Shown here piece after piece: positions 35,253-44,816 of a stretch of 64,000 nt of DNA. Under the pieces are notes generated by a model. The model worked only from the letters and a program-made list of their open reading frames with translations, did not search any database and was not told the DNA's origin. The stretch lies in the NCBI GenBank assembly GCA_034505495.1, contig JAPDQV010000014.1, forward strand, positions 4,967 to 68,966. Direction: 5' to 3'. The translations under genes were made by a program, and so were the position numbers. The first letter of the stretch is position 1, and each line of letters opens with the position of its first letter. The stretch is from Candidatus Zhuqueibacterota bacterium (lineage in GTDB: Bacteria; Zhuqueibacterota; Zhuqueibacteria; Residuimicrobiales; Krinioviventaceae).

Positions 35253-36055
35253 CCCGCCGAAAATCCCGTCTTTGCTTTCAGTTCTTCGAACCACACCATC
35301 TCGCTGTCCGGCAGACAGGCATCCAATGCGGCAAGCTCCTGACGCATCGCGGGAGCTTCCTGAGAGAAATGCGGATCGGCCAGGCACAACTCTTCATATG
35401 CATCGGCGAGGTCGATCAATATCTCTTCGGGAAAAGCCTCGCCGAGTCTCCTCGTTCGGTTCAGCATAAAGACATGGCGCAAGAGATGGAAGTACACGGC
35501 TCGCGCCTGGCGGTATTTCCCTTCGATACGAAGCAGTTTGGCGCGAACGGTCAAAATCTGCACGGGCACGTTCAATTCACGAAAGGAGAGATTCACCTGC
35601 TCGGGAAAGGTAAAAACAGCGTCCACCTCTTTTTGCAGTGCGGCGAGTTCATCGGCCCCTTTCGAATCGGTGAACAGGCTGCAAAGCTCGGGAAACGTCT
35701 CGCATAACAGCAGCAACGTTTCCGCCAGCATCTCTTTGTCCTTGGCGCGAACAGCTTTCCGCAGAGAATCGATGTTGACAAAGCTTTCCGGCTCGTTAGC
35801 CCAGGCGATCAAAAGCGCCGTCTGATGCTCGCAGGGGCCGCTGCCGATCTGACAGGTGCAGCGTCCGAACATTTGTCCCTTATCAATCACCACTTCGGCA
35901 GAGGCTTTTTTCTCGCCGATCACCACACCTTTGATGCCCACCGCGGTATGAAAACGGCTTCTGACTCCCCCGAGTCGATAAAGAGTCTCCCCTCGTGCAA
36001 AGATTTCCGAATCGACAAAAGCTCGTATATCCGGCAATGTGACCGAATGAGGCAC
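35249..36055 (-). CDS. SWIM zinc-finger domain protein
   Basis: 268 aa. GRCTCQIGSGPCEHQTALL is a CxC...CxH SWIM motif. The C-terminal half is helical. Confidence 0.65.
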   Translation of the reverse strand: MPHSVTLPDIRAFVDSEIFARGETLYRLGGVRSRFHTAVGIKGVVIGEKKASAEVVIDKGQMFGRCTCQIGSGPCEHQTALLIAWANEPESFVNIDSLRKAVRAKDKEMLAETLLLLCETFPELCSLFTDSKGADELAALQKEVDAVFTFPEQVNLSFRELNVPVQILTVRAKLLRIEGKYRQARAVYFHLLRHVFMLNRTRRLGEAFPEEILIDLADAYEELCLADPHFSQEAPAMRQELAALDACLPDSEMVWFEELKAKTGFSAG

Positions 36056-36069
36056 AGCGGCTCTCCGAT

Positions 36070-36684
36070 CTAATTCTGCGCTGCTTTGAACGCCTCCCGC
36101 GCTGCCTTGAGGATCATTCGATTCAAATCTTTATCCATTTTGGGCTCGTTGCGGTCGCTGCGGTTCTTGCTTTTCACATCGCTGAAATGAGTTTTAACGT
36201 CCATGCAGACCTTGACCGTCGGAGTCACTGGAATGTGCTGATGATCGCGATGCTCGAAATGGAGGACAAAGCCGCTCTTTTTATGATCTTTGATCTCTTT
36301 TACTTCGGCCCAAGGCACAAAATAGTACATCGGTTTGAAAAAGCGGCGCTTCGGCGGCGGGCAGCTTTCTTCCCATCCGAAATAGGGATGGATGTGCACA
36401 ACACCCTGAGTCGTAATTTGATAGGTAATGCCTTTGACGATGCAACGGAACCAGCTGTCGATGATGCCGCCGATCCATACGGCGAAAAAGACCACGCGGG
36501 CCGCCTTTTGTGCAATGTCCGGCAAACCGACGGCGATAAAGAAAATCGACGTTAAAATACCAAAGAAAAACCCTCCGAACAGCCAGGAAAATATCTTGCC
36601 GATCAGACGTTCAATGTCCCGACGACGCCATTCGATGACCGTTTGGCCGAAAGACGGTTCTTTGGACTTGTGCCAATGCTTCAT
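36070..36684 (-). CDS. Hypothetical membrane protein (two TM segments + soluble C-terminal domain)
   Basis: 204-aa ORF with hydrophobic segments (FSWLFGGFFFGILTSIFFIAVGL, VVFFAVWIGGII). No family recognised. Confidence 0.5.
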   Translation of the reverse strand: MKHWHKSKEPSFGQTVIEWRRRDIERLIGKIFSWLFGGFFFGILTSIFFIAVGLPDIAQKAARVVFFAVWIGGIIDSWFRCIVKGITYQITTQGVVHIHPYFGWEESCPPPKRRFFKPMYYFVPWAEVKEIKDHKKSGFVLHFEHRDHQHIPVTPTVKVCMDVKTHFSDVKSKNRSDRNEPKMDKDLNRMILKAAREAFKAAQN

Positions 36685-36865
36685 GTTGGTCTCCGGTTTT
36701 TCCCCAAGCCTTCTCGTACCTCAAAAACCACAGCAGAGGACGAATTTCGGCGCGGCTTTTTTCAATATATCAAACCGCTCGACGAGTTTCAAGGGATTTG
36801 TTCGATTGTAAAGGGTATGAAAAAAGAACCGCCGCATTTTGCGGCGGTTTGATGGTGAAACAACC

Positions 36866-37525
36866 TCAGATGGCAATACCGAGACGGCCGAAGGGGGAAA
36901 TGAGGGAAAAGAAAGGGCTCGAAGGCGATCCTGCCGGCCGGACATCGTGATGGAGAATGGCCTGCTTGAGGTCCTCGGCATTGCGGCCTTCGAATTCGAG
37001 ATAGACGGAACCAATCTCAAAGGGTGTGTGCGCATCGCTGCCGGCGGTGACGGGCAGCTTGAGCTTTTGTGCCAGCACCTCGGCCATTTCATTGTCGCGT
37101 TCGTTAAAGATCCGACCGTTGCGGACCTCCAATGCAATGCGCTGCCAATCCACGATATGCTCAAAGGCGCGAAACTCTCTGCGACTGCAGAAGGGATGAG
37201 CGATGACAGCCAGGCCGTCCTGTTCCGCGATCTCGGCCAGCAGCGCCGGCAACTCCCGACTGCGCAACGGCTGCTTGAGGAAAAGTCCAACTACATCTCC
37301 GGCTGGAAACTTGCCGTTCCAAAGCCTGATCTCCTGGCCGAGCACGACTTCCACGCCGTAGTAAGGTCCCTTTTCCAACAGCTCCGACCAGGCGCCGGTC
37401 GAGTCGTGATCGGTGACGGCAATGATATGCATGCCTTTTTCGGCGGCGGTCTGCAGCACCGTCGCCGGTTTGGTTACCGCATCCGATGAGTAGAGTGTAT
37501 GAATATGAAGATCAGCCTTCTTCAT
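36866..37525 (-). CDS. PHP-domain metal-dependent phosphoesterase
   Basis: 219 aa. Motifs: MKKADLHIHTLYSSDAV, IIAVTDHDS, AHPF, GSDAHTP. Confidence 0.8.
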   Translation of the reverse strand: MKKADLHIHTLYSSDAVTKPATVLQTAAEKGMHIIAVTDHDSTGAWSELLEKGPYYGVEVVLGQEIRLWNGKFPAGDVVGLFLKQPLRSRELPALLAEIAEQDGLAVIAHPFCSRREFRAFEHIVDWQRIALEVRNGRIFNERDNEMAEVLAQKLKLPVTAGSDAHTPFEIGSVYLEFEGRNAEDLKQAILHHDVRPAGSPSSPFFSLISPFGRLGIAI

Positions 37526-37697
37526 CTCCTTACTCCTGTCTGTTAAGCGTATATGAAGTTACAAAGCTCGTGCCTGCGTATCACCATGAACGATATGAAA
37601 TTGACGTGTTAAGAGAATATTAAAATCAATAGGTTGCAAAGAGGATAAAGACAAGGAATTCGGATGGAGAGCGTAAAGAAGGCATCGAATTGACCCG

Positions 37698-37729
37698 CAG
37701 CCCCTGCACCTGCATGCCGGCAGGGGCTG
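37698..37729 (-). terminator. Putative hairpin terminator downstream of the GWxTD gene
   Basis: Perfect 10-bp inverted repeat cagcccctgc (37698-37707) / gcaggggctg (37720-37729), 4 nt after the stop. There is no clean U-tract. Confidence 0.35.
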
Positions 37730-37733
37730 AAGG

Positions 37734-39011
37734 CTATTCGACTTTGATCAACCGATAGGTGCCGTCGCCGGTTCGGTCGGCAAAATAGTAGCGGCGGTTC
37801 AGGCGGTTGTAATGCCAGACTTCCACGGCCCGGACGGACATTTCCATTTCCTGCCGATCTACTGCGTCCGGCGGACCGTAAACGAGATAGATTCGGCCGC
37901 GATCCGTTTCCCAACCCTGTCTGCCGGCCGAGACTTCGCTAAAGTTCATATTGCAGAAATCGATGCGGCGAAAGTATTCCTCCCGCAGCTCGTTCCTTTC
38001 GGTGGCGGGCGTGGGGTCGCGCTCTTTCCAAAACTGCTCGTAAAGTCGTCTCTTTTCCTCGGGGTCGGCTTGGCGCATGGCGTCGATCGTCCTCTTGCGG
38101 GCAATGACGGCCAATTGTTCGATCGCCAGGTCGATATTATTTTCGCGCAGGGTCACATTTGACCAAGAAACCGAAAACAGGCGCTGTACTTTAGCCGATT
38201 GAGATCCCCAAACCGCATTCACCAGCAGGCCGTAATCCCCCGGCTGCGTCAAATGTTGACGGAACGGAATAAGAACCGGAATGGTCGATCTGTCGCGCAC
38301 CGCGTAGCTTTTCTTTCCTTCAAAGAGCTTTTGGTTCTTTCCAAAGATGACCGTCTGCACCTGAATCGAATCGGCAGAATGGGGCGGATAGATTTCGACA
38401 TAAGCGGAAAAGGCGGAAGAGAGATCGTTAAAGAGGTTGAGCACGTTGGGTCGAAAGCTGCGGCCGCTTTGCGTTGAATCGACGCGATCGAGAAAGACGA
38501 GGTCGCTAAGGTGGAGGCGGTCTCTGTTGAATTGACGAAAGGTGCAGCTTACCTCTTCATTAAGCTGTTCGTTCGATTCAAGATCGATTAAACGAATCAG
38601 TCCCAGATAGCGACCGGGCGCCAGCGAAAAAGAAAAAGAATGATGATGCGGATTTTCGCGCGAATTGGTTTCCGCAAACGTGGCGACGATTACCCGATGG
38701 CTTTGGGATTGTTCCGCCAGCAGTTCCTGTTTGTCGTTGCGGATGACGACATTCAGCTCGTAGCGCGCACGGAACGTGCCCTCTTTGGTCTTGATGAACG
38801 TCAACAGATCGTTGACGACCTGCAGATGGAATTCCATGAGACTCTTGGTTTGATCCGTCGAGTCGGCGAAATTGTAGGTCTGATAGACGAAGAGATTCTT
38901 GCCGAACATGGTCTTGCGACGGGAGGAGGCCATGTCCCGGACCTGCAGCGCCTGAATCGGCTCAATAAGAGTCGAAATCACGATAAAAAGGCAAATGAAA
39001 GCTTTTCTCAT
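37734..39011 (-). CDS. GWxTD domain-containing protein
   Basis: Start trimmed to MRKAFICLFIVISTLIEPIQA (signal peptide; GAGGAG SD upstream). The C-terminal signature is GWETDRGRIYLVYGPPD...EVWHY. Confidence 0.8.
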   Translation of the reverse strand: MRKAFICLFIVISTLIEPIQALQVRDMASSRRKTMFGKNLFVYQTYNFADSTDQTKSLMEFHLQVVNDLLTFIKTKEGTFRARYELNVVIRNDKQELLAEQSQSHRVIVATFAETNSRENPHHHSFSFSLAPGRYLGLIRLIDLESNEQLNEEVSCTFRQFNRDRLHLSDLVFLDRVDSTQSGRSFRPNVLNLFNDLSSAFSAYVEIYPPHSADSIQVQTVIFGKNQKLFEGKKSYAVRDRSTIPVLIPFRQHLTQPGDYGLLVNAVWGSQSAKVQRLFSVSWSNVTLRENNIDLAIEQLAVIARKRTIDAMRQADPEEKRRLYEQFWKERDPTPATERNELREEYFRRIDFCNMNFSEVSAGRQGWETDRGRIYLVYGPPDAVDRQEMEMSVRAVEVWHYNRLNRRYYFADRTGDGTYRLIKVE

Positions 39012-39034
39012 TTTCTCCTCAAGTTCGGCATTGG

Positions 39035-42000
39035 CTAAAAATCCGCTCCCAGAGACCACAGCACCTGCATGTCTTTGCTTGTGCTGTAAAAGTTGGTCGG
39101 CCAGGCAAAGTCGACGCGCAGGAGAAAGATGCCCAGATCAATGCGCAATCCCCATCCGATCGAGGCGTAAAGATCTTCTGCCTGCAGCAGGCCGTTGGGG
39201 GCGCGTTTAAAGAGAGTAAGATTCTGCTGCTTAGACTTGTCGGACGTCGGTTGAGGTTCGCTGCGATACAGAGCGACGTTGTCGCCGCGATCCCAGGCAA
39301 AGCCGGAGTCGAGAAAGAGGGCGCCGGCAAGATTTCCCAGCGTCAAAGGAAACGGAAAGCCGAGCTGCAGATAGCGCACAAAGGGGAACCGGAACTCCAA
39401 GTTGGTGAGCAGGAAGCGGTTCCCTTCGATGGCATAATAACCGGCGCCGCGGAGCGGCATCTCGAAGGACGCAAAATAAATCTCTTCGATGTGATCGACG
39501 CGGATGCCGCCGTTGTAGCGATAGTTGATCCAGTTCGGCTCGCCGCCCAGAAAGAACTTTTGCGGGTGTTTGCCGAAACTGGCGCCCGAAGCGGCCCGCA
39601 GGCTGATCACATAATCGCGGTAAAGCTTGAAATATCGCCGCCAATCGCCGCGCAGAGTGGTGAAATCGATGCCGTTGTCGCCAAGCTGGGGACTGGAGCT
39701 GAGGCTGACTCCCCACCGCGTGCCGTTGACGGGACCCGTATAGCCCCAGATGGTGTTGTCGACCGTATAGGTAACGTCGCCCAAAAGGAAATAGCGGTTG
39801 GTGGGAGAGATATAGCCGCGCCTGGCCAGCCAATCGACGTATTCATCGGGCAGATCAAGATAGTCGCGGCTGATGCCCATTAGAGTCATGCTGCCGCTGA
39901 TACGGCGATAACGATCGAACGGATTAGAGCCCATGATCGACAAGCCGTAGTTGCGGTCGCGTACCCAACCGGCGTTGGGCGAATAGAAAAAGTAGGCGTT
40001 ATGATAGACGCCGCCGCCCACATCCAGCCGTCGTTTTAAATAGTAATAGACTACGGCATAATCGGCGTTCTTGAAATCGCCGTAAAGATTGAGCGCAAGA
40101 TTGATGCGATGGTCGCCGAGCACATCCGACAACATGATGGTGGTATAGCCCTGCGTGCCGAAAAACTGATCATAGCCGACGCTTCCATAGACCAAGTCGG
40201 GTGTAAACTTGACCTCGTAATTGGAGACTTTGAACTCGCCGGTGGGTAAAAAGTAGTCTGTGGAATCGAGAAACACCTTGTGCTCGTTGATTTCGATTTC
40301 GCCGTCGGCAAATTTTTCATCAAAGACGAACGTGCGGTATTTTTCCAAGTCCCGATTCGGCTGCGGTGCAGGAGAAACGGGTTCGGCCGTTATTTTGGGC
40401 TTTTCCTGCAGGCTTTGCACGAACTGCGTCGGACGGACGGTCACATCTCCAGGCTGAATTTCGAGGGGATTTCGTAGGACATAGACATCGTAACCGGCAT
40501 AGTAAAAGGAGGTAAAGGCCAGCTGATTTCGGCTGCCGCCCCAGCTTGGCAAATAAGCGCCGGTGACCACATTGGTTATCGGCCATTCCTCGCCGTCAAT
40601 TTGTTTCAAATAAATGTTCGATACGCCCGAACGATCGCTGCTGAAGGCGATGGTGGTGCCGTCGGGAGAATAAACCGGCGAACGGTCGAGAAACGGCGAA
40701 TCGACGATCTTGCGCAGCCCGCGGCCGTCGGCGCCGATCTCAAAGATGTCATAGTCCTTCATGTTCAGCTTTTCGGGACGAAAGTTTTGCGGCACTTCGG
40801 TCAGATAATCGTTGCGGTCGCTGGCAAAAACCAATTTGCTGCCGTCGGGTGACCAGCAGGGCTCGACATCGCTGAAAGGATCGTCGGTGATCTTGCGCAG
40901 AGAGTTCGTATCGAGGTTATAGGCATAAATATCTGATTGCCCATTTTTGACGCCCATAAAGGCAATTTCGTCGCCCTTTGGGCTCCAGGCGCTGTTATAA
41001 ATGCCGTCCAAGCCGACGGCAATGCTGCGCACAATTTTCCTCTTTTTAACGTCCACAATGTGCAGCTGATCTTCGGCGCCGGCTTTGGCGGAAAAGACGA
41101 GAAAACGGTCATCCGGACTCCAATCGATGCCGCGTCCGCGCAGCCAATGCAGCTCTTCGAGGTTTCCGGCGCGCTGGCCCCTTACCACCTTTGAAAGAAT
41201 GCGGCCGTCGATCGTGCCGGCGATATAAATGTCGAAATAGTCATCCTTATCCGACAAAAACGCTATCTTGTCGCCCTTTTTGCTGATTGCCGGGCTGGTA
41301 TTGACAAAGTTGTTCCATTTCCGATGATCGGTGATTCTCTTGGCAATTTCCTCCGGCTCCTTGCGGTCGGCGATGTCCGGCCAATAGAGCCGTTTCAGAT
41401 AGAGCTGCCACCGCTTGGTCAGTTCCTTTTCCTCGATGCCGATCGCCTGCTTCATGCCGCGGTTTGCGCCTCTGTTCATCTTCATTTTATTGATCAGTTC
41501 GCTGATCTTTTCTTCGCCGTAAGTCTCGGCAATATAGCGCAAAACCGATTGGCCTCCCTTGTAAGCCAAAAAGCCGTTGAGATAGGGAATTTCAGGCAGA
41601 TAACCGTGTACGGACGCATCGCGCATAAACATATCGCTTTCGATGTCCCAACCGCGGCTTTCATATTCGGCCAAGCCTTCGATCAACCAGAGCGGCAGCT
41701 GAAACTGCATGATGCCGCTGATAATCGATTGCGTGCCCGCTCCGTACACCATCTGCAGCATAACGGCATGCGTCAGTTCGTGGTGAATCACGTGGCGAAA
41801 TTTTTCCCACTCTCCTTCATAGGGAATGACCACGCGGTTCTTAAAGAATTCGGTAAAGCCGCCGACCGTTTCTTCGGGCGGACTGAGATCGACGTTGGTT
41901 TGACCAAAGTCGTTGTGACTGTTATAGACGATGATCTTGACGCGGTCCAACAGCTCGAAACGCAGCAGGCCGCTGATGGAGCGGTAGCTTTCCTCGCCGA

Positions 42001-42181
42001 CTCGAGCCGTAAATTCGGCAATTGATTTTCCTCCTTCCGTAAAGTAAATGTCAAAATGCTCCGACTGCAGGTATTGCCATTTGAACACCGTGGTCTGCAC
42101 TTTATTTTTGCCGAAATACTGCGCTTGCGCAACAGTCCACAGCACCAAGATGGATACTATAAACAAATTGACACGGCTCAT
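39035..42181 (-). CDS. Large outer-membrane protein: MA-clan peptidase-like domain (HExxH) + PD40/TolB-like beta-propeller + Omp85-type beta-barrel
   Basis: Start trimmed to MSRVNLFIVSILVLWTVAQA. The peptidase motif is HHELTHAVMLQ. PD40 repeats: WSPDDRFLVFSA, WSPKGDEIAFMG, WSPDGSKLVFASDR, YSPDGTTIAFSSDRSG. C-terminal barrel motifs are GALFLDSGFAWD and terminal ...LWSLGADF. Confidence 0.75.
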   Translation of the reverse strand: MSRVNLFIVSILVLWTVAQAQYFGKNKVQTTVFKWQYLQSEHFDIYFTEGGKSIAEFTARVGEESYRSISGLLRFELLDRVKIIVYNSHNDFGQTNVDLSPPEETVGGFTEFFKNRVVIPYEGEWEKFRHVIHHELTHAVMLQMVYGAGTQSIISGIMQFQLPLWLIEGLAEYESRGWDIESDMFMRDASVHGYLPEIPYLNGFLAYKGGQSVLRYIAETYGEEKISELINKMKMNRGANRGMKQAIGIEEKELTKRWQLYLKRLYWPDIADRKEPEEIAKRITDHRKWNNFVNTSPAISKKGDKIAFLSDKDDYFDIYIAGTIDGRILSKVVRGQRAGNLEELHWLRGRGIDWSPDDRFLVFSAKAGAEDQLHIVDVKKRKIVRSIAVGLDGIYNSAWSPKGDEIAFMGVKNGQSDIYAYNLDTNSLRKITDDPFSDVEPCWSPDGSKLVFASDRNDYLTEVPQNFRPEKLNMKDYDIFEIGADGRGLRKIVDSPFLDRSPVYSPDGTTIAFSSDRSGVSNIYLKQIDGEEWPITNVVTGAYLPSWGGSRNQLAFTSFYYAGYDVYVLRNPLEIQPGDVTVRPTQFVQSLQEKPKITAEPVSPAPQPNRDLEKYRTFVFDEKFADGEIEINEHKVFLDSTDYFLPTGEFKVSNYEVKFTPDLVYGSVGYDQFFGTQGYTTIMLSDVLGDHRINLALNLYGDFKNADYAVVYYYLKRRLDVGGGVYHNAYFFYSPNAGWVRDRNYGLSIMGSNPFDRYRRISGSMTLMGISRDYLDLPDEYVDWLARRGYISPTNRYFLLGDVTYTVDNTIWGYTGPVNGTRWGVSLSSSPQLGDNGIDFTTLRGDWRRYFKLYRDYVISLRAASGASFGKHPQKFFLGGEPNWINYRYNGGIRVDHIEEIYFASFEMPLRGAGYYAIEGNRFLLTNLEFRFPFVRYLQLGFPFPLTLGNLAGALFLDSGFAWDRGDNVALYRSEPQPTSDKSKQQNLTLFKRAPNGLLQAEDLYASIGWGLRIDLGIFLLRVDFAWPTNFYSTSKDMQVLWSLGADF

Positions 42182-42393
42182 CCTGATTCTCCCTATCGGC
42201 CTTTGCAGGGCTCTTTTAAAATATTTAATGAAAAAAACGGGAAAAACCAAATCGTTCCTTTTCAGCTTTGTTCTTTAATAGGTTTGTCTTGTTTTTTATT
42301 TCCAAATTTATTTCCGAAAGTGTTACTTTACCGTATCGACTGAGAAATAGAACGCCGAAATTTACCGCAGGTTGCATCGTTACGGAGGATAAA

Positions 42394-43230
42394 ATGAAAA
42401 TAAAACTTTTGATCTGGACGGCGGCGGTTCTGCTTACTCTTTTTTCCGCCCTATTTCAACGCTTAACCGGCCCCACTTACCCCTTGAAAGGCCGATTCAC
42501 CTGGGACGGCAAAGACTATGCGTACAAGTTTCCGCGCACGCATGCCGGCGCAGGCGGGCAAATTGTGGCAATTCCTCTTTTGCCTCAATCCGATACCGCG
42601 CAATTGGTGTGGAAACGCTATAAAACCAATGACGAATGGACGCGGGTGGAAATGCAGCGACAGTCGGATGTGATGACGGCCGAATTGCCTCACCAGCCGC
42701 CTGCGGGAAAACTGGAATATCACATCGAAATCCGACGCGGCGATGAAATCCTTCTTTTACCGGTCAAAGAAAATGTGGTGATCCGCTTTCGCAACGACGT
42801 TCCGGCCTGGGCATTAATTCCGCACATTCTGCTCATGTTCTTTGCCATGCTTTTCTCGACGGCAACCGGCCTTTCCGCTCTTACGCGTTCGCAGCCGCTC
42901 GCCGGCAAGATCAAATGGACTCTCGTTCTGCTTTTTGCCGGAGGATTCATTTTCGGACCCTTGGTGCAAAAGTTTGCCTTCGGCGAATGGTGGACAGGGT
43001 TCCCGCTCGGCACCGATCTTACGGACAACAAAACCTTGATCGCCTTTCTCGTTTGGCTCGGCGCAGGATACCTAGTCCGCAGGAATCCGCAGCGTCGGTT
43101 TGTCGTCGTTGCAGCCGCGGTCGTCACCCTGATCGTATTTATGATTCCCCACAGTCTTCATGGCTCGGAGCTGGATTACAGCAAGCTTGAAAAAGAAGGG
43201 CAAGCTGTCGTCATAAGGCAACAGGAATAA
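42394..43230 (+). CDS. Hypothetical integral membrane protein
   Basis: Start trimmed to MKIKLLIWTAAVLLTLF, after GGAGGA. An extracytoplasmic N-domain is followed by ~4 TM segments. No family recognised. Confidence 0.55.
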   Translation: MKIKLLIWTAAVLLTLFSALFQRLTGPTYPLKGRFTWDGKDYAYKFPRTHAGAGGQIVAIPLLPQSDTAQLVWKRYKTNDEWTRVEMQRQSDVMTAELPHQPPAGKLEYHIEIRRGDEILLLPVKENVVIRFRNDVPAWALIPHILLMFFAMLFSTATGLSALTRSQPLAGKIKWTLVLLFAGGFIFGPLVQKFAFGEWWTGFPLGTDLTDNKTLIAFLVWLGAGYLVRRNPQRRFVVVAAAVVTLIVFMIPHSLHGSELDYSKLEKEGQAVVIRQQE

Positions 43231-43452
43231 GCCGATTGTGCGACAGCCGGTAGGATGCAGCATGACAGGTGTATCTGACGCAATTTCTTAAAAGTTCATA
43301 CCGGTTTGTCAACTTGACAGAGGCAAGTAAAGCGAAAGAAAAAGAGGTCTAATTTTGTAACTCTATAAAAATTAAGTCGAAAAGCCTTTTCTAGAAAGCC
43401 GGCACGCAACTTGAATATCTAAGGGCAGCAAACCAAAAGAAGGAGATGAAAA

Positions 43453-43881
43453 ATGTATTACCGGCCTTATAGAATGGGATGGGGCGTTCAGAACGACTTG
43501 GATCGCGGATGGCGGGCGATGCAGGATGAAGACGAGATGGAGTGCCGCGGAACCTGGATTCCGGCGGTCGATATTCGGGAGCGCAAGGATGCCTTTGTGC
43601 TGATGGCCGAGCTGCCCGGCATGAAGCGTGAAGACATCCGGCTCACCATTCGCGACGGCATCCTGGAGCTGAGCGGCGAGAAAAAAGCCCCGCAGCTTCA
43701 GGAAGATGAGCGCTATAACCGCAAGGAGATTCGTCACGGCAGTTTTTGCCGCAAGTTTTTGCTGAACACGGACATCGATTCCGCCAAGGTTACGGCAACT
43801 TTTCGCGACGGCGTGTTGGAGCTGCTGTTACCGAAAGCGGAAAAGATGATTCCCAAAACGATCGAGATCAAAGGCGAATAA
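43453..43881 (+). CDS. Hsp20/alpha-crystallin small heat-shock protein
   Basis: 142 aa. Motifs: WIPAVDIRERKDAFVLMAELPGMKREDIRLTI, GILELSGEKK, ATFRDGVLELLLPKAEK. Confidence 0.9.
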   Translation: MYYRPYRMGWGVQNDLDRGWRAMQDEDEMECRGTWIPAVDIRERKDAFVLMAELPGMKREDIRLTIRDGILELSGEKKAPQLQEDERYNRKEIRHGSFCRKFLLNTDIDSAKVTATFRDGVLELLLPKAEKMIPKTIEIKGE

Positions 43882-43890
43882 GAAAGGAGG

Positions 43891-44337
43891 GTGAGTCATA
43901 TGGCAATTGTCAGATGGCGTCCTTTCCGTGAGCTGAATACCCTGCAAAGGGAGATGAACCGCATGTTCGAGTCCTTCTTCCGTGACTTTGAAGAGGAGAG
44001 CGGCGGCGAGCTCGCGTGGTACCCGAGCATCGACGTCAAAGAGACCAACGACAAGGTTGAGGTCTTTGCCGAGCTTCCCGGCATGCGTAAAGAGGACATC
44101 AAGGTTTCGGTTCGAGACAATGTCCTGCAGATCTCCGGTGAGAAGAAACGGGAAGAGGAAGAGAAGGATGCCAACTATCATCGCATCGAACGGGTTTACG
44201 GTACCTTCTCCCGTACCATCACTCTTCCGGCGCATGTCGAGATCGGCAAAGTGGAGGCCTACTTTAAGGACGGTGTGTTGCGTCTGACTCTCCCCAAAGC
44301 GGAAGAAGAGAAGCCTCGTCAAATCGAGATCAAATAA
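43891..44337 (+). CDS. Hsp20/alpha-crystallin small heat-shock protein (second tandem copy)
   Basis: 148 aa. Motifs: WYPSIDVKETNDKVEVFAELPGMRKEDIKVSV, VLQISGEKK, AYFKDGVLRLTLPKAEE. The start may be the Met at 43900. Confidence 0.9.
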   Translation: MSHMAIVRWRPFRELNTLQREMNRMFESFFRDFEEESGGELAWYPSIDVKETNDKVEVFAELPGMRKEDIKVSVRDNVLQISGEKKREEEEKDANYHRIERVYGTFSRTITLPAHVEIGKVEAYFKDGVLRLTLPKAEEEKPRQIEIK

Positions 44338-44351
44338 TTATCTCTATTGCG

Positions 44352-44384
44352 GCGCGGATGAGTTTCTCATCCGCGCTTTTTTTG
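44352..44384 (+). terminator. Rho-independent terminator after the hsp20 pair
   Basis: GCGCGGATGAG-TTT-CTCATCCGCGC followed by TTTTTTTG. Confidence 0.75.
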
Positions 44385-44816
44385 TTTTTGGGCGGAATTA
44401 ATGACCATCTTTGATTGAAAACAAGCGACTCAGATTTCTTGAGAATATCCTCCATTTATTTTTTCATGATTTGATGTCGCCTGTCCCTTTTTCATTCCCT
44501 CGCACTCACAAGAAAGTTTTAATCAGCATTATTGAGATGATGTAAACAAAGCACTTTTTCTGTCGTGTATTTGATTCTCAATAAATATTTTTTTCTCTAT
44601 GGCCTCCGTGCCTCCGCGGCAAAAGCAACCGTTAAACCAAGATTAAAAAAATTTGAAATAAGGAAAAATAAAAGTCAGTTAAAATGATTGGAAAACAAAA
44701 GGCACAAAGAAAAGCACTTTTCCTCCTATCCCGAGCACTGATGTCCCCCCTCGCCGGTTGCTAATCCCCCTACGCGGCCGGCGCGGTGCTCGGGATTTTT
44801 ATCCCGGCCCTGTTGC

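Noticed and set aside
43307-43319. Palindrome TGTCAA-C-TTGACA upstream of the hsp20 genes as a heat-shock operator
   Set aside because: It does not resemble CIRCE (TTAGCACTC-N9-GAGTGCTAA) or other heat-shock operators I know. It is short enough to be fortuitous and may simply overlap a -35-like TTGACA.
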